Below are positions 7,853 through 15,793 of a DNA stretch of 17,080 bases, piece after piece. A program made the position numbers and the translations under genes. The stretch comes from Gemmatimonadota bacterium. GTDB taxonomy: Bacteria; Gemmatimonadota; Gemmatimonadetes; Gemmatimonadales; GWC2-71-9. How positions within the stretch are numbered: the stretch's first letter is position 1; the number at the start of each line of letters is the position of its first letter. Below the pieces are notes generated by a model. It was not told the DNA's origin. It did no database searches and saw only the letters and a program-made list of their open reading frames with translations. Location: contig JBDHAB010000051.1 of NCBI GenBank assembly GCA_039588295.1, positions 1 through 17,080 on the forward strand. Direction: 5' to 3'.

Positions 7853-8974
7853 CTATGGCTCTGCCCTCTCTGGGACAGTGCTGTGGGTGGTATCGGGCAC
7901 CAGCCGAACGAATTGCCCCGCCACAAAACGTGCGAATCGATCAGCACCTGCGGCGTTGAAGTGCACGGCATCTCCCTCCGCATACAGCTCGGGCCCTACG
8001 ATCGAGGACGCGGCGCCGTCTATGAGCGGAATCGCGTGCCTCTGAGCAACCGCTCGAATCCGCGCGTTGAAACGGCGGTACCCCTCCAGGGCCACGGACG
8101 GTGGCACGCCCGGCATAGTGTTCGCCCAACTCCGGGTTGCCAACTCCGATCGAGGAACGCTGTCGCCACTCGAGACATGCGTAACGGTCATCAGTACGAC
8201 CAGAATCCCCCGGGCGCGCGCCACCGCTACAAAGCTCTCCAGGTCCCGCTCAAAGCGCGCGCCACCTTTGTTCAGCACGTCGTCCCAATCCGGAGCCGGA
8301 CCACTGGCTTCTCGCTCCCGCCGTCCCCTGAACCGCAGAGCTTTTATCCGGCCAGCGACCTTCGCGTACAACAGCGAGTGCTCTTCGAGCCAGGCCCTCC
8401 ACGGGGTAACAGTCCCCCATTGGTCCGGCCGGTGCCTATCTCGGGACACATCGGCGGATGATCGGGCGAAAGCACTGAACAGGTCGTTGTGTGCTTGATA
8501 GAGCAGTATGGCATCGGGTTGGAAATCGGCGAGGTCCGTTTCGAGGCGGATCAAGTTGTCCACCACGTCGTAACCCGAGACTCCAGCGTTCAGCACACTA
8601 CCCGAGAACCCCGCCTCTTCTTTCCGCAGCCAGGCCTCGAGACGGGCTGGCCACGTCTCCAGGTCGGGAGAGACCGCGGTGTCGAACGTGGTGGAGCCAC
8701 CAAGAACGAGAATGATCGGTCGCCCTCCGGCACGCCGTTGGCCGTCATCCGTCCATCGGAAGCCGGCGGTGTCCGTTCGAAACCACCCAAAGTACGAAAA
8801 GTCCCGGACGAGCGCGTGGCCCAATCGAGCGTGGCGATAGTACAGGGTGGGCATGATGCCAGGTACCGTGCTCCGGTTGCGCTCCCGGTACCGCACAACG
8901 GCCTCTCCGAGCACACAGGAAAGCACCAGCGAAAGACCAAGCACGCCGACGAACGCACCCGTGCGCCGTTTCAT
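7853..8974 (-). CDS. Membrane-anchored SGNH/GDSL hydrolase-fold protein (candidate acyl/carbamoyl transferase)
   Basis: N-terminal MKRR plus hydrophobic anchor; LGGSTTF (Ser), NAGVSGY, AHND, DAVHF; purine-rich SD immediately upstream. Confidence 0.9.
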   Translation of the reverse strand: MKRRTGAFVGVLGLSLVLSCVLGEAVVRYRERNRSTVPGIMPTLYYRHARLGHALVRDFSYFGWFRTDTAGFRWTDDGQRRAGGRPIILVLGGSTTFDTAVSPDLETWPARLEAWLRKEEAGFSGSVLNAGVSGYDVVDNLIRLETDLADFQPDAILLYQAHNDLFSAFARSSADVSRDRHRPDQWGTVTPWRAWLEEHSLLYAKVAGRIKALRFRGRREREASGPAPDWDDVLNKGGARFERDLESFVAVARARGILVVLMTVTHVSSGDSVPRSELATRSWANTMPGVPPSVALEGYRRFNARIRAVAQRHAIPLIDGAASSIVGPELYAEGDAVHFNAAGADRFARFVAGQFVRLVPDTTHSTVPERAEP

Positions 8975-9334
8975 TCACCCCCCTTGAGTGGTGGATCTCC
9001 GTGGCCTTGCGGCAGAATGAACCCGCCTCGCCGCCTTTCACGGCTGCTTCGCCCTTGGGTCTGGTTTCCGGTACCAGCCCACTCAGGCACCGTCGGACCG
9101 GCCGCCCGACCGCAGTCACTTCCCAGGCGGTCACCGGGCTGCGCGGCTCGTGCTCCAGTTCCCGGCACCATCCGACGGCTCAGCATATTCGTGGAGTCAA
9201 TCGTCACGACCGGTGACGTACGGCAACGCGTGAGACCCCCACCCGGTCGAGTAGTCCGCGATTGGCCACGGCGACCACTCGGCACCGGAATCCGGGCCCG
9301 ACGCTTCCAACAGCCATCAGGCTCCGTCTAGCCC

Positions 9335-9487
9335 TCAGAAGATCGTATAGATGAACGGCGCCAGCGCCGACCCCTGCGCGAAGACAAGCAGCGCCCCGAC
9401 CATCACCATCACCACAACGATCGGCAGCAACCACCATTTCTTCCTGACCTTCATGAACTGCCAAAACTCACTGACCAAGCTCGCCAT
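9335..9487 (-). CDS. DUF5989 / SxtK-like 50-aa single-TM microprotein (not in supplied ORF track)
   Basis: MASLVSEFWQFMKVRKKWWLLPIVVVMVMVGALLVFAQGSALAPFIYTIF*; GGGGAG SD; RKKWWLLP and APFIYT.F signatures; 12 nt after the SxtJ-like stop. Confidence 0.92.
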   Translation of the reverse strand: MASLVSEFWQFMKVRKKWWLLPIVVVMVMVGALLVFAQGSALAPFIYTIF

Positions 9488-9499
9488 AGGGCTCCCCGT

Positions 9500-9901
9500 T
9501 TAGAACTGGTTCGTCAGGCTGCCGCGGCGAGACTCGGCATGCGGCGCCCAGTAGCTATCGCCCCTCGGGTGGTGCCTGATGGGATTTCGTCCCACGGCCC
9601 GCATCAGGAGGCCGATAGGCATGATGACGATGAAGTAGACGATGCTGAGAAAGATCGGCGTGGTCACCTTCGAAATCGCGTGGGCCAGCCCCATCCACCC
9701 GCGGTAGACCGGCCCCAAGCGACCCGGTACGACGAGCCCCCCAATCCACAGCCCACCACCAATCACCGCCAGCACGCGGGCGACGGTGATGTGATCCCGC
9801 CACCACGTGAGGGCCGTAAGCGCCAGAAAGGCCGTTCCTACCGTAAGCGCGAACTTCCTGCCTTCGGCAGGCGTCAATCGAGTTGGAATTCGCTGCGCCA
9901 A
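9500..9901 (-). CDS. SxtJ-family membrane protein
   Basis: TTG start at 9901 with AAGGAG SD (alternative ATG 9919). GRKFALTVG, LGPVYRGWMGLAHAISKVTTPIFLSIVYFIVIMPIGLLMR..GRNP, SYW, C-terminal NQF. Overlaps the carbamoyltransferase 3' end. Confidence 0.9.
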   Translation of the reverse strand: MAQRIPTRLTPAEGRKFALTVGTAFLALTALTWWRDHITVARVLAVIGGGLWIGGLVVPGRLGPVYRGWMGLAHAISKVTTPIFLSIVYFIVIMPIGLLMRAVGRNPIRHHPRGDSYWAPHAESRRGSLTNQF

Positions 9902-11700
9902 TCTCCCGTCTCCTTCCATTCCGGCTGCTTGGCTTTGTCTACCAGGAACGGTCCCAACACCAGAAAGTCGATGTGGGTCCGCATGAAGCAACGATAGGCG
10001 TCTTCCGGCGAGCACACGATGGGCTCGCCGCGCACGTTGAACGAGGTATTGACCACGACACTGCACCCCGTAAGGCGCTCGAACTCGCTGATGAGATCGT
10101 AGTAGTCCGGGTTGGTGTCGTGCGACACCGTCTGGACCCGCGCCGAATAGTCCACGTGCGTGATCGCCGGTATGTCCGACTTCGGGACATTGAGCAGGTC
10201 TATCCCCCAGAGCTGCTCCTGCTGCTCCGTAAGGGCGATCCGCCGCTGCTGGTGCACGGGTGCGACCAGGAGCATGTACGGCGAGTCACAGTCCATCTCG
10301 AAGTAGTCGCTCACGCGCTCGCGCAGCACGCTCGGCGCGAACGGGCGAAAGCCCTCACGGAATTTGATCTTGAGGTTCATCTGGGCCTGCATACGCGGGC
10401 TGCGGGGATCGCCAAGAATGCTCCTGTTTCCGAGGGCTCGCGGGCCGAATTCCATCCGACCGTTGAACCACCCAACGATTCTCTCGTCTGCGAGGATTCC
10501 GGCCACGCGCTGCAACAACTCGTCCCGGCCCAGGCGTTCGTAGACCGTTCCCTGGGCCTTCAGGTAGGACTCGATCTCGGCGTCCGTGAACTCGGGGCCG
10601 AGATAGGAACCGCGCATCTGGTCGCATCCGTTCGGGGCACGCGGCTGTTGGCAGTGGCGGTGCCAGATCAGCTGCGCTACACCCAGCGCCCCACCGGCGT
10701 CACCTGCAGCCGGCTGGATCCAGATCTCCTCAAACGGTCCCTCCCGCAGGATCCGCCCGTTGCCGACGCAGTTCAGGGCGACTCCGCCCGCCAGACAGAG
10801 CCTGTCGAGCCCGGTCTCGCGATGCGCCGTCCGGACCATGCGGAGCATGATCTCTTCGCACACCTCCTGCACGGAGCGCGCGAGGTCCATCTCGCGCTGG
10901 GTCAGCTTGGTCTCCGGCTCACGCGGCGGCCCGTCGAATAGGTCGTCGAAGGCCCCGTTTGTCATGGTGAGACCGGTCAGGTAGTTGAAGTAATCCTGGT
11001 TGACGCGGAACGAGCCGTCTTCACGCAGATCGATCAAGTGCTCGTAAATGCGGTCCACGTACTTGGGACGCCCGTACGGGGCGAGTCCCATGACCTTGTA
11101 CTCACCCGAGTTCACCTTGAAACCGGTGAAGTAGGTAAACGCCGAGTACAGCAGCCCCAGCGAATCCGGCCACTGCAACTCCCGCAGGATCTCGATGTCG
11201 TTGTTACGCCCCACTCCGATCGTCGCCGTGGCCCACTCACCCACCCCGTCCATCGTCACAATCACTGCCTCTTGGAACGGCGAGGGAAGGAAAGCGCTGG
11301 CGGCGTGGGACGCGTGATGCTCCGCATAGAGCAGCTCCCCCTCGTAACCGCCCAGCGACCTGCGTAGCTCTCGGTCGAGGAACAGCTTCTCCTTCATCCA
11401 CACTGGCCCGGCCTTCAGAAACTGGGAGAAGCCCCGGGGGGTGACGCCAAGATAGGACTCGAGGATGCGCTCGAACTTGAGGAGCGGCTTGTCATAGAAC
11501 CCGACGTAGTCGAGATCACCGACCCCAATACCCCCGGCACGAAGGCAGTAGTCCACCGCGTGCTGGGGAAATGAGGAGTCACCCTTCTTTCGCGTGAAGC
11601 GCTCTTCCTGTGCCGCCGCGACGATCTCACCGTCGCGCAGCAGGCAGGCAGCGCTGTCGTGGTAAAACGCGGAAATACCGAGAATCAACCGATGCGTCAT
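9874..11700 (-). CDS. O-carbamoyltransferase (NodU/CmcH/TobZ/SxtI family)
   Basis: ILGISAFYHDSAA, EERFTRKK, HHASH, DGVGE, GEYKVMGLAPYG, LAGGVALNC, PAAGDAG, EFGPRALGNRS, KFREGFRPFAP, THVDYSARVQTV, NTSFNVRGEPIV. Confidence 0.97.
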   Translation of the reverse strand: MTHRLILGISAFYHDSAACLLRDGEIVAAAQEERFTRKKGDSSFPQHAVDYCLRAGGIGVGDLDYVGFYDKPLLKFERILESYLGVTPRGFSQFLKAGPVWMKEKLFLDRELRRSLGGYEGELLYAEHHASHAASAFLPSPFQEAVIVTMDGVGEWATATIGVGRNNDIEILRELQWPDSLGLLYSAFTYFTGFKVNSGEYKVMGLAPYGRPKYVDRIYEHLIDLREDGSFRVNQDYFNYLTGLTMTNGAFDDLFDGPPREPETKLTQREMDLARSVQEVCEEIMLRMVRTAHRETGLDRLCLAGGVALNCVGNGRILREGPFEEIWIQPAAGDAGGALGVAQLIWHRHCQQPRAPNGCDQMRGSYLGPEFTDAEIESYLKAQGTVYERLGRDELLQRVAGILADERIVGWFNGRMEFGPRALGNRSILGDPRSPRMQAQMNLKIKFREGFRPFAPSVLRERVSDYFEMDCDSPYMLLVAPVHQQRRIALTEQQEQLWGIDLLNVPKSDIPAITHVDYSARVQTVSHDTNPDYYDLISEFERLTGCSVVVNTSFNVRGEPIVCSPEDAYRCFMRTHIDFLVLGPFLVDKAKQPEWKETGDWRSEFQLD

Positions 11701-12036
11701 AGCCCCCAGCCAGAAGCAAAACGTACGCCTCGTGAGCCCTTCGGCCTAACCCGTTGCAAACAGTAGCCCTACCAGTCGCCAGCCTAGTCTCAGCCTGTTT
11801 CTGCCCGACCTTGTGTTGCATGCTGGCCACAGGTCACGTTGCTCATGCGATCTCTCACTCTGCCGTCATCCAGCCCTCGGGTCAACTTCGCCCTGGGGGC
11901 GGCCCTAGCACGGCCCGCCTTCGCCTGCGGCACCGCAGGCCCCATGCCACATGGGCACGGCTCGACCGGGGAGCCCCTTGTCCCAACGGCGAAGCGCCCC
12001 ACTGGCGCTGAGGCCTCACCGCCTGGGATGAGGTTG

Positions 12037-12051
12037 GGGCACACATTCTGC
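12037..12051 (+). promoter_or_regulatory. Candidate sigma54 -24/-12 promoter
   Basis: GGGCAC-ACATT-CTGC with exact GG-N10-GC spacing, 58 nt before the GTG at 12109. Confidence 0.45.
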
Positions 12052-12108
12052 GAGTGCGCGCCACATACCGGCCGTTCATTACCCGCCCTCACGCAGGCAG
12101 GCACGCTC

Positions 12109-13365
12109 GTGGAAATCGCATCCAGGGTGAAGCGCCTTCTCCTCAGAACTGCACTGTACGCGGGCATCACCGCAGCCACCCTCGGGCTCGTGGACCTCGT
12201 CTGCATGCTGTTCGGTTTCTTCCCTCCCATCCATGACTACGGGGATCCCGACGTGGGCTGGGTTGGCTTCTCCCCGACCGGTGAGATGCATACGGACTGG
12301 TGTGTTCAGTACGCGACAGGAGACACAATTTCGTTCATCCGCAACGAGGACGGGATTCGCACCCACGTCGGCGTCGATGCGCTGCTGACCGACCAACAAG
12401 CCCTCAAGATCGCAGTGACGGGCGATTCCCAAACAGAGCTTTGCGCACCGAACGCAGAGACACATGCTGGATTCCTCGAGAGCTCACTGAACGCGAATGG
12501 CACCAGGACAGTGGTCCTGCCGTACGGCGCTGGACGATACTCCCCGTTGCAGGACTATCTGGTGTTCAAGGCCAGGCTCAAGAAGTTCGAGCCCGACGCG
12601 TTGGTATTGAATCTCTATACGGGCAACGACTTCTATGACCTGCTGCGCGTCGACGACCGCCCGTACTTCGACGCTTCAGACGCCGGGTACCAAATCGCCG
12701 AGCCCACCTGGTACCTGTACGACGATCCCCGCATCGTCCGGCGGAGCCGCGTTCTCTTCGCACTGCGATCACTCGCGAAGCAGACGGGGGTACGCGGGCT
12801 CTACCTCCGGCTCCGGGTCCTGCACAGATCCGCCACTGAGCAGGGGGCCGGACTTCGGTCCGTGGTCGCCTACATGAACGATCTGCGGAAGTCGGTCGAG
12901 CCCACCGTAGGCTACCCTGAGGCGTTTTCCGCCCAAGTGCTAAACCAGCAGCTCTTCTTCCACCACTTCCCCGCGGCGCGAGAGGAAAGCTTCCGGCGGG
13001 TGGTGGCATTACTTGAGCTCGTTCGCGCGGAGAATCCCGGCATGCTGCTCGTCATGAGCCTGATTCCCTCGTATCAACTAGCCCAACAACGCCCGGTCGA
13101 CGACGCATTGCATCGGGTGCTCGAGCGGCTGCCCATCACTTACGAAGGTGGGGTGCGAGAGGAGCAGGAGCTGTACGACGCGGTACGGTACCTCGCAGAA
13201 GAACACGGATGGCTGGTCGTCGACAACCTGCGCGGGTTGCGGGAGTACGACGGGTCGGATCGGCTGTACAACGACTTCGACTACCACCTTCTGCCCGTGG
13301 CCAGCGAAATCATCGGACGGCAGCAAGCCGCAGTAATCCTTCAGGCGCCGAGGCACCCCGAATGA
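12109..13365 (+). CDS. Membrane-anchored SGNH-fold protein (AlgJ/AlgX/DltD-like candidate acyltransferase)
   Basis: Start re-placed at GTG 12109 (or 12127). KRLLLR plus TM helix; VTGDSQTE, GAGRYSP, YTGNDFYD, DYH (DxH). Confidence 0.85.
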   Translation: MEIASRVKRLLLRTALYAGITAATLGLVDLVCMLFGFFPPIHDYGDPDVGWVGFSPTGEMHTDWCVQYATGDTISFIRNEDGIRTHVGVDALLTDQQALKIAVTGDSQTELCAPNAETHAGFLESSLNANGTRTVVLPYGAGRYSPLQDYLVFKARLKKFEPDALVLNLYTGNDFYDLLRVDDRPYFDASDAGYQIAEPTWYLYDDPRIVRRSRVLFALRSLAKQTGVRGLYLRLRVLHRSATEQGAGLRSVVAYMNDLRKSVEPTVGYPEAFSAQVLNQQLFFHHFPAAREESFRRVVALLELVRAENPGMLLVMSLIPSYQLAQQRPVDDALHRVLERLPITYEGGVREEQELYDAVRYLAEEHGWLVVDNLRGLREYDGSDRLYNDFDYHLLPVASEIIGRQQAAVILQAPRHPE

Positions 13366-13584
13366 CCGCGGCGCCCGCGTCGCTCCGCTCCAGCCGTGTT
13401 CCCAACTCCGCAGCCACTCGGTATCAGGCAATTCGGGTCACGCTACGAGGGGCGAACCGTGGGCCAGTTACTAAGCGCTCTTGACGATCTCATTTCGAGG
13501 GGCCTCAACACGTCACCTACCGACCGGCCGTTGCGTTGTTGCATGGTTGCAACAGCATAGGATTGAGAGGATGGGGCCGGTGGC

Positions 13585-13600
13585 TGGCACCGGTTGTGCT
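13585..13600 (+). promoter_or_regulatory. Candidate sigma54 -24/-12 promoter
   Basis: TGGCAC-CGGTT-GTGCT with GG-N10-GC spacing, about 50 nt before the GNAT ATG. Confidence 0.6.
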
Positions 13601-13650
13601 GACGGCATTCCATTGATGCCCTTACCTCGTGCGGAGGGGCCTTAACCGGC

Positions 13651-14745
13651 ATGAGTTCACCCGCAAACGTCCGATCGCCGTCCCGCGTGACCATCCGGGA
13701 GCGCCCCGATCCGTGGTGCAGCCAGTTTGAGGCTGAGCTCGATGCGGCGGGCATTCCCGTCGCCCTGCCTCATCGAGGCTCCTGGGCGTCGGCCCTCGGC
13801 CGCGGTCAAAAGCTCTTTGTTGGCGTCGCGGAGGACGCCGGGTGGCCGCGCTACGGATGTGGAGTGGACCTCGTTCCCCTTCGCAGCCTGCCCGGACACA
13901 CGGTCTACCGGATCGAGCGGTTCGGGAACAGCCCAGACAGCGCTGCTTGCGATGCAGCGCTTCGAGCGGTGACGGAGTACGCCCGCACGCATCCTCACGT
14001 GCTGCGCATCGAACTCGAGACCTTCGCGAGCGAGCCGGCAGTGCTAGAGCGCCTCGAACAAGCGGCCCGTGCCGCGGGGTTCACACCGTGCCTGCCCCCC
14101 CGACGCTACACCCACACCTTGCGGCTCGACCTGCACCGTAGCCGCGACGAAATCTTCAAGGCCCTGGGCCGGACCGCGCGCCGCAATCTCCGCTCAGCAA
14201 CGAAGGCCGGGGCCCAAGTCCACAAGATCAATGATCCGGCACTGGCGCCAGCGCTCGCTGCGCTCGAGCGGAAGGCGTTCGCCCGAACCGGTGGCCACGC
14301 GCACCCCACCAACTGGCCGGACCTCATGCAGTTTTGCCGCGATCATCCCCACCTGGCTCGGATCGTCGGGCTCTTCACGAGCGACGGCTGTTCTTCAGCG
14401 GACCTCCTTGGTTTCGCGGTTGCGCGCGCGCACGGCGACCATGTGGAGTACGCAAGCGCCGGTACCGTACGCCGGCCGGGTCTGAACATCCCGATGGGTT
14501 ACCCCCTTCTCTGGCATCTCATCGAATGGGCGAACGAGCTTGGCGTGGCATGGTTCGACTTCGGCGGCATCACTGGCGGCACGACCCGCGACGGCAAGGA
14601 CGCGTTGGGAGGCATCTCGGACTTCAAGCGCTACTTCGGGGGAAGCGAGATCGAAGTGGGCGGCGAATGGGTGCTCCACGTGCGCCCGGTGCGCTCCAGA
14701 GTCGCCAACACGGTCGCGCGCGTCGCTCAGGTCTTCCGCACCTAG
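13651..14745 (+). CDS. FemAB-like GNAT-fold acyl/aminoacyl transferase
   Basis: TLRLDL..SRDEIFKALGRTARRNLRSA.KAG, YPLLWHLIEWA..GVAWFDFGG, GISDFKRYFGG. Confidence 0.88.
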   Translation: MSSPANVRSPSRVTIRERPDPWCSQFEAELDAAGIPVALPHRGSWASALGRGQKLFVGVAEDAGWPRYGCGVDLVPLRSLPGHTVYRIERFGNSPDSAACDAALRAVTEYARTHPHVLRIELETFASEPAVLERLEQAARAAGFTPCLPPRRYTHTLRLDLHRSRDEIFKALGRTARRNLRSATKAGAQVHKINDPALAPALAALERKAFARTGGHAHPTNWPDLMQFCRDHPHLARIVGLFTSDGCSSADLLGFAVARAHGDHVEYASAGTVRRPGLNIPMGYPLLWHLIEWANELGVAWFDFGGITGGTTRDGKDALGGISDFKRYFGGSEIEVGGEWVLHVRPVRSRVANTVARVAQVFRT

Positions 14746-14774
14746 GAAGCCGCCCCAGCCCAAAGCACAGCATG

Positions 14775-14806
14775 AAAACAGGCCCGGCAGGGTTGCCGGG
14801 CCTGTT
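14775..14806 (-). terminator. Intrinsic terminator for the PEP-CTERM gene (possibly bidirectional)
   Basis: Perfect 13-bp inverted repeat AACAGGCCCGGCA-gggt-TGCCGGGCCTGTT ending in UUUU on the minus strand, between convergent genes. Confidence 0.85.
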
Positions 14807-14837
14807 GAGTCACATCACAGGCGCAAGCCGACGAAGT

Positions 14838-15557
14838 CTAGGCGTCGATCCCCTTCTTCCGCCGACGCCGCAGCAGCCCCACACCACCCATGCTGGCTAG
14901 CCCGCTGCCTAGGAGCGCGATGGTGAATGGCTCTGGAACGGCGGTGCACGGCCCGTAGTCGCCGTAGCCACCGGTGTCGCACTTCAGAGACTCTTCGTAA
15001 TCGGGGCCGACCTGCTGCGAGTGCCAGCGAAGCTCGAAGTCCTCCGCCGACATCGTGCTCCGGTCCCAGCCACTGAGCTGGAACTTGAACTCGACGTACG
15101 GCGTACCGGGGAACGAATTGCAGGTGAGCCACTTAGTTCCGCCCGGCAACTGCGTGCACCCGTTGATGCCGTCGTTGCCGCTAGTCCCAGTGCTCAGCTG
15201 CAGGTTTACACTGCCCAGGGTCTTGATGTCGTCCGCGGGGTCAGACCAGGACCCAGTGATGTCGGCGTCGGTAACGCCGTCCACATACGTGGCCGACCGA
15301 TAGGCGCCTGTTCCGCTCCAAGCACCCGTGTGGTAGAGGCCGATCGAGGTGATCGTGTGCGTACTTCCGTAGGTCCCTTCGAGGTTCCACACCTGCATCG
15401 TCAAATTGCCCGTGGCGGAGACATTGATCCGAACACTCGCGCAGACCACGAACGCATCATTGATACAGTAGTTGTCCCAGGCAAAACCGTCCGCTTGTGC
15501 GGGCGCGGACCATACCAAGAGAAGGCCTGTGAGACCGAACGCCAGTCGCTTCCGCAT
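14838..15557 (-). CDS. PEP-CTERM sorting-domain protein (239 aa)
   Basis: Start re-placed at ATG 15557 (MRKRLAFGLTGLLLVWSAPAQA, Sec signal peptide). C-terminus VPEP-FTIALLGSGLASMGGVGLL-RRRRKK. Six Cys; Ser/Thr/Gly-rich. Confidence 0.95.
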   Translation of the reverse strand: MRKRLAFGLTGLLLVWSAPAQADGFAWDNYCINDAFVVCASVRINVSATGNLTMQVWNLEGTYGSTHTITSIGLYHTGAWSGTGAYRSATYVDGVTDADITGSWSDPADDIKTLGSVNLQLSTGTSGNDGINGCTQLPGGTKWLTCNSFPGTPYVEFKFQLSGWDRSTMSAEDFELRWHSQQVGPDYEESLKCDTGGYGDYGPCTAVPEPFTIALLGSGLASMGGVGLLRRRRKKGIDA

Positions 15558-15619
15558 CGTTTTCACCCCGGAGACAGAGTCGAGAGTCGGAGTTGGAATT
15601 CGCCGTACTGTCGCATTCC

Positions 15620-15634
15620 GCAGGAGCCGTGCCA
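15620..15634 (-). promoter_or_regulatory. sigma54 -24/-12 promoter of the PEP-CTERM gene
   Basis: TGGCACG-GCTC-CTGC, 63 nt upstream of the ATG. PEP-CTERM genes are known to be preceded by sigma54 sites. Confidence 0.75.
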
Positions 15635-15659
15635 GCAAACTCGTTCCCGAACTAGACCC

Positions 15660-15684
15660 TAAGCCATTGCAGGACAATGTGTTG
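15660..15684. promoter_or_regulatory. Inverted pair of IHF-like sites upstream of the sigma54 promoter
   Basis: TAAGCCATTG-CAGGA-CAATGTGTTG; each arm matches the CAA-N4-TTR core of the IHF consensus. Confidence 0.4.
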
Positions 15685-15793
15685 CAGAATCCTGGGGCGG
15701 ACGTCGCCGGTCCGAAGACGTGTCGCGACGGCCACAACCCGGTCCCTGCGCCACAGCCCCCCGCCACACCACCACCTCTTGGGCCAGCCTCTG

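Noticed and set aside
8971..9285. 104-aa minus ORF overlapping the SGNH start (ATGA)
   Set aside because: Arg/Gly/Pro-rich, no motif and no convincing SD; typical of a spurious GC-rich ORF, though not strictly excluded.
9204..9464. 86-aa minus ORF in the track
   Set aside because: Wrong frame; the real gene is the 50-aa protein at 9335-9487.
9902..10066. N-terminal extension of the SxtJ-like ORF
   Set aside because: Lies inside the carbamoyltransferase; the TTG at 9901 has a good SD.
7853..11700. Saxitoxin biosynthesis cluster
   Set aside because: Only accessory sxtIJKL-like genes are present; no SxtA- or SxtG-like core genes in the window, and the context is glycan biosynthesis.
11839..12108. 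90-aa N-terminal extension of the second SGNH ORF
   Set aside because: Low-information Pro/Ala/Gly sequence before the TM anchor; contains a sigma54-like site, so probably promoter DNA.
14804..14819. FNR/CRP-like box TTGAG-TCAC-ATCAC
   Set aside because: Sits between convergent 3' ends and overlaps the terminator; no promoter context.
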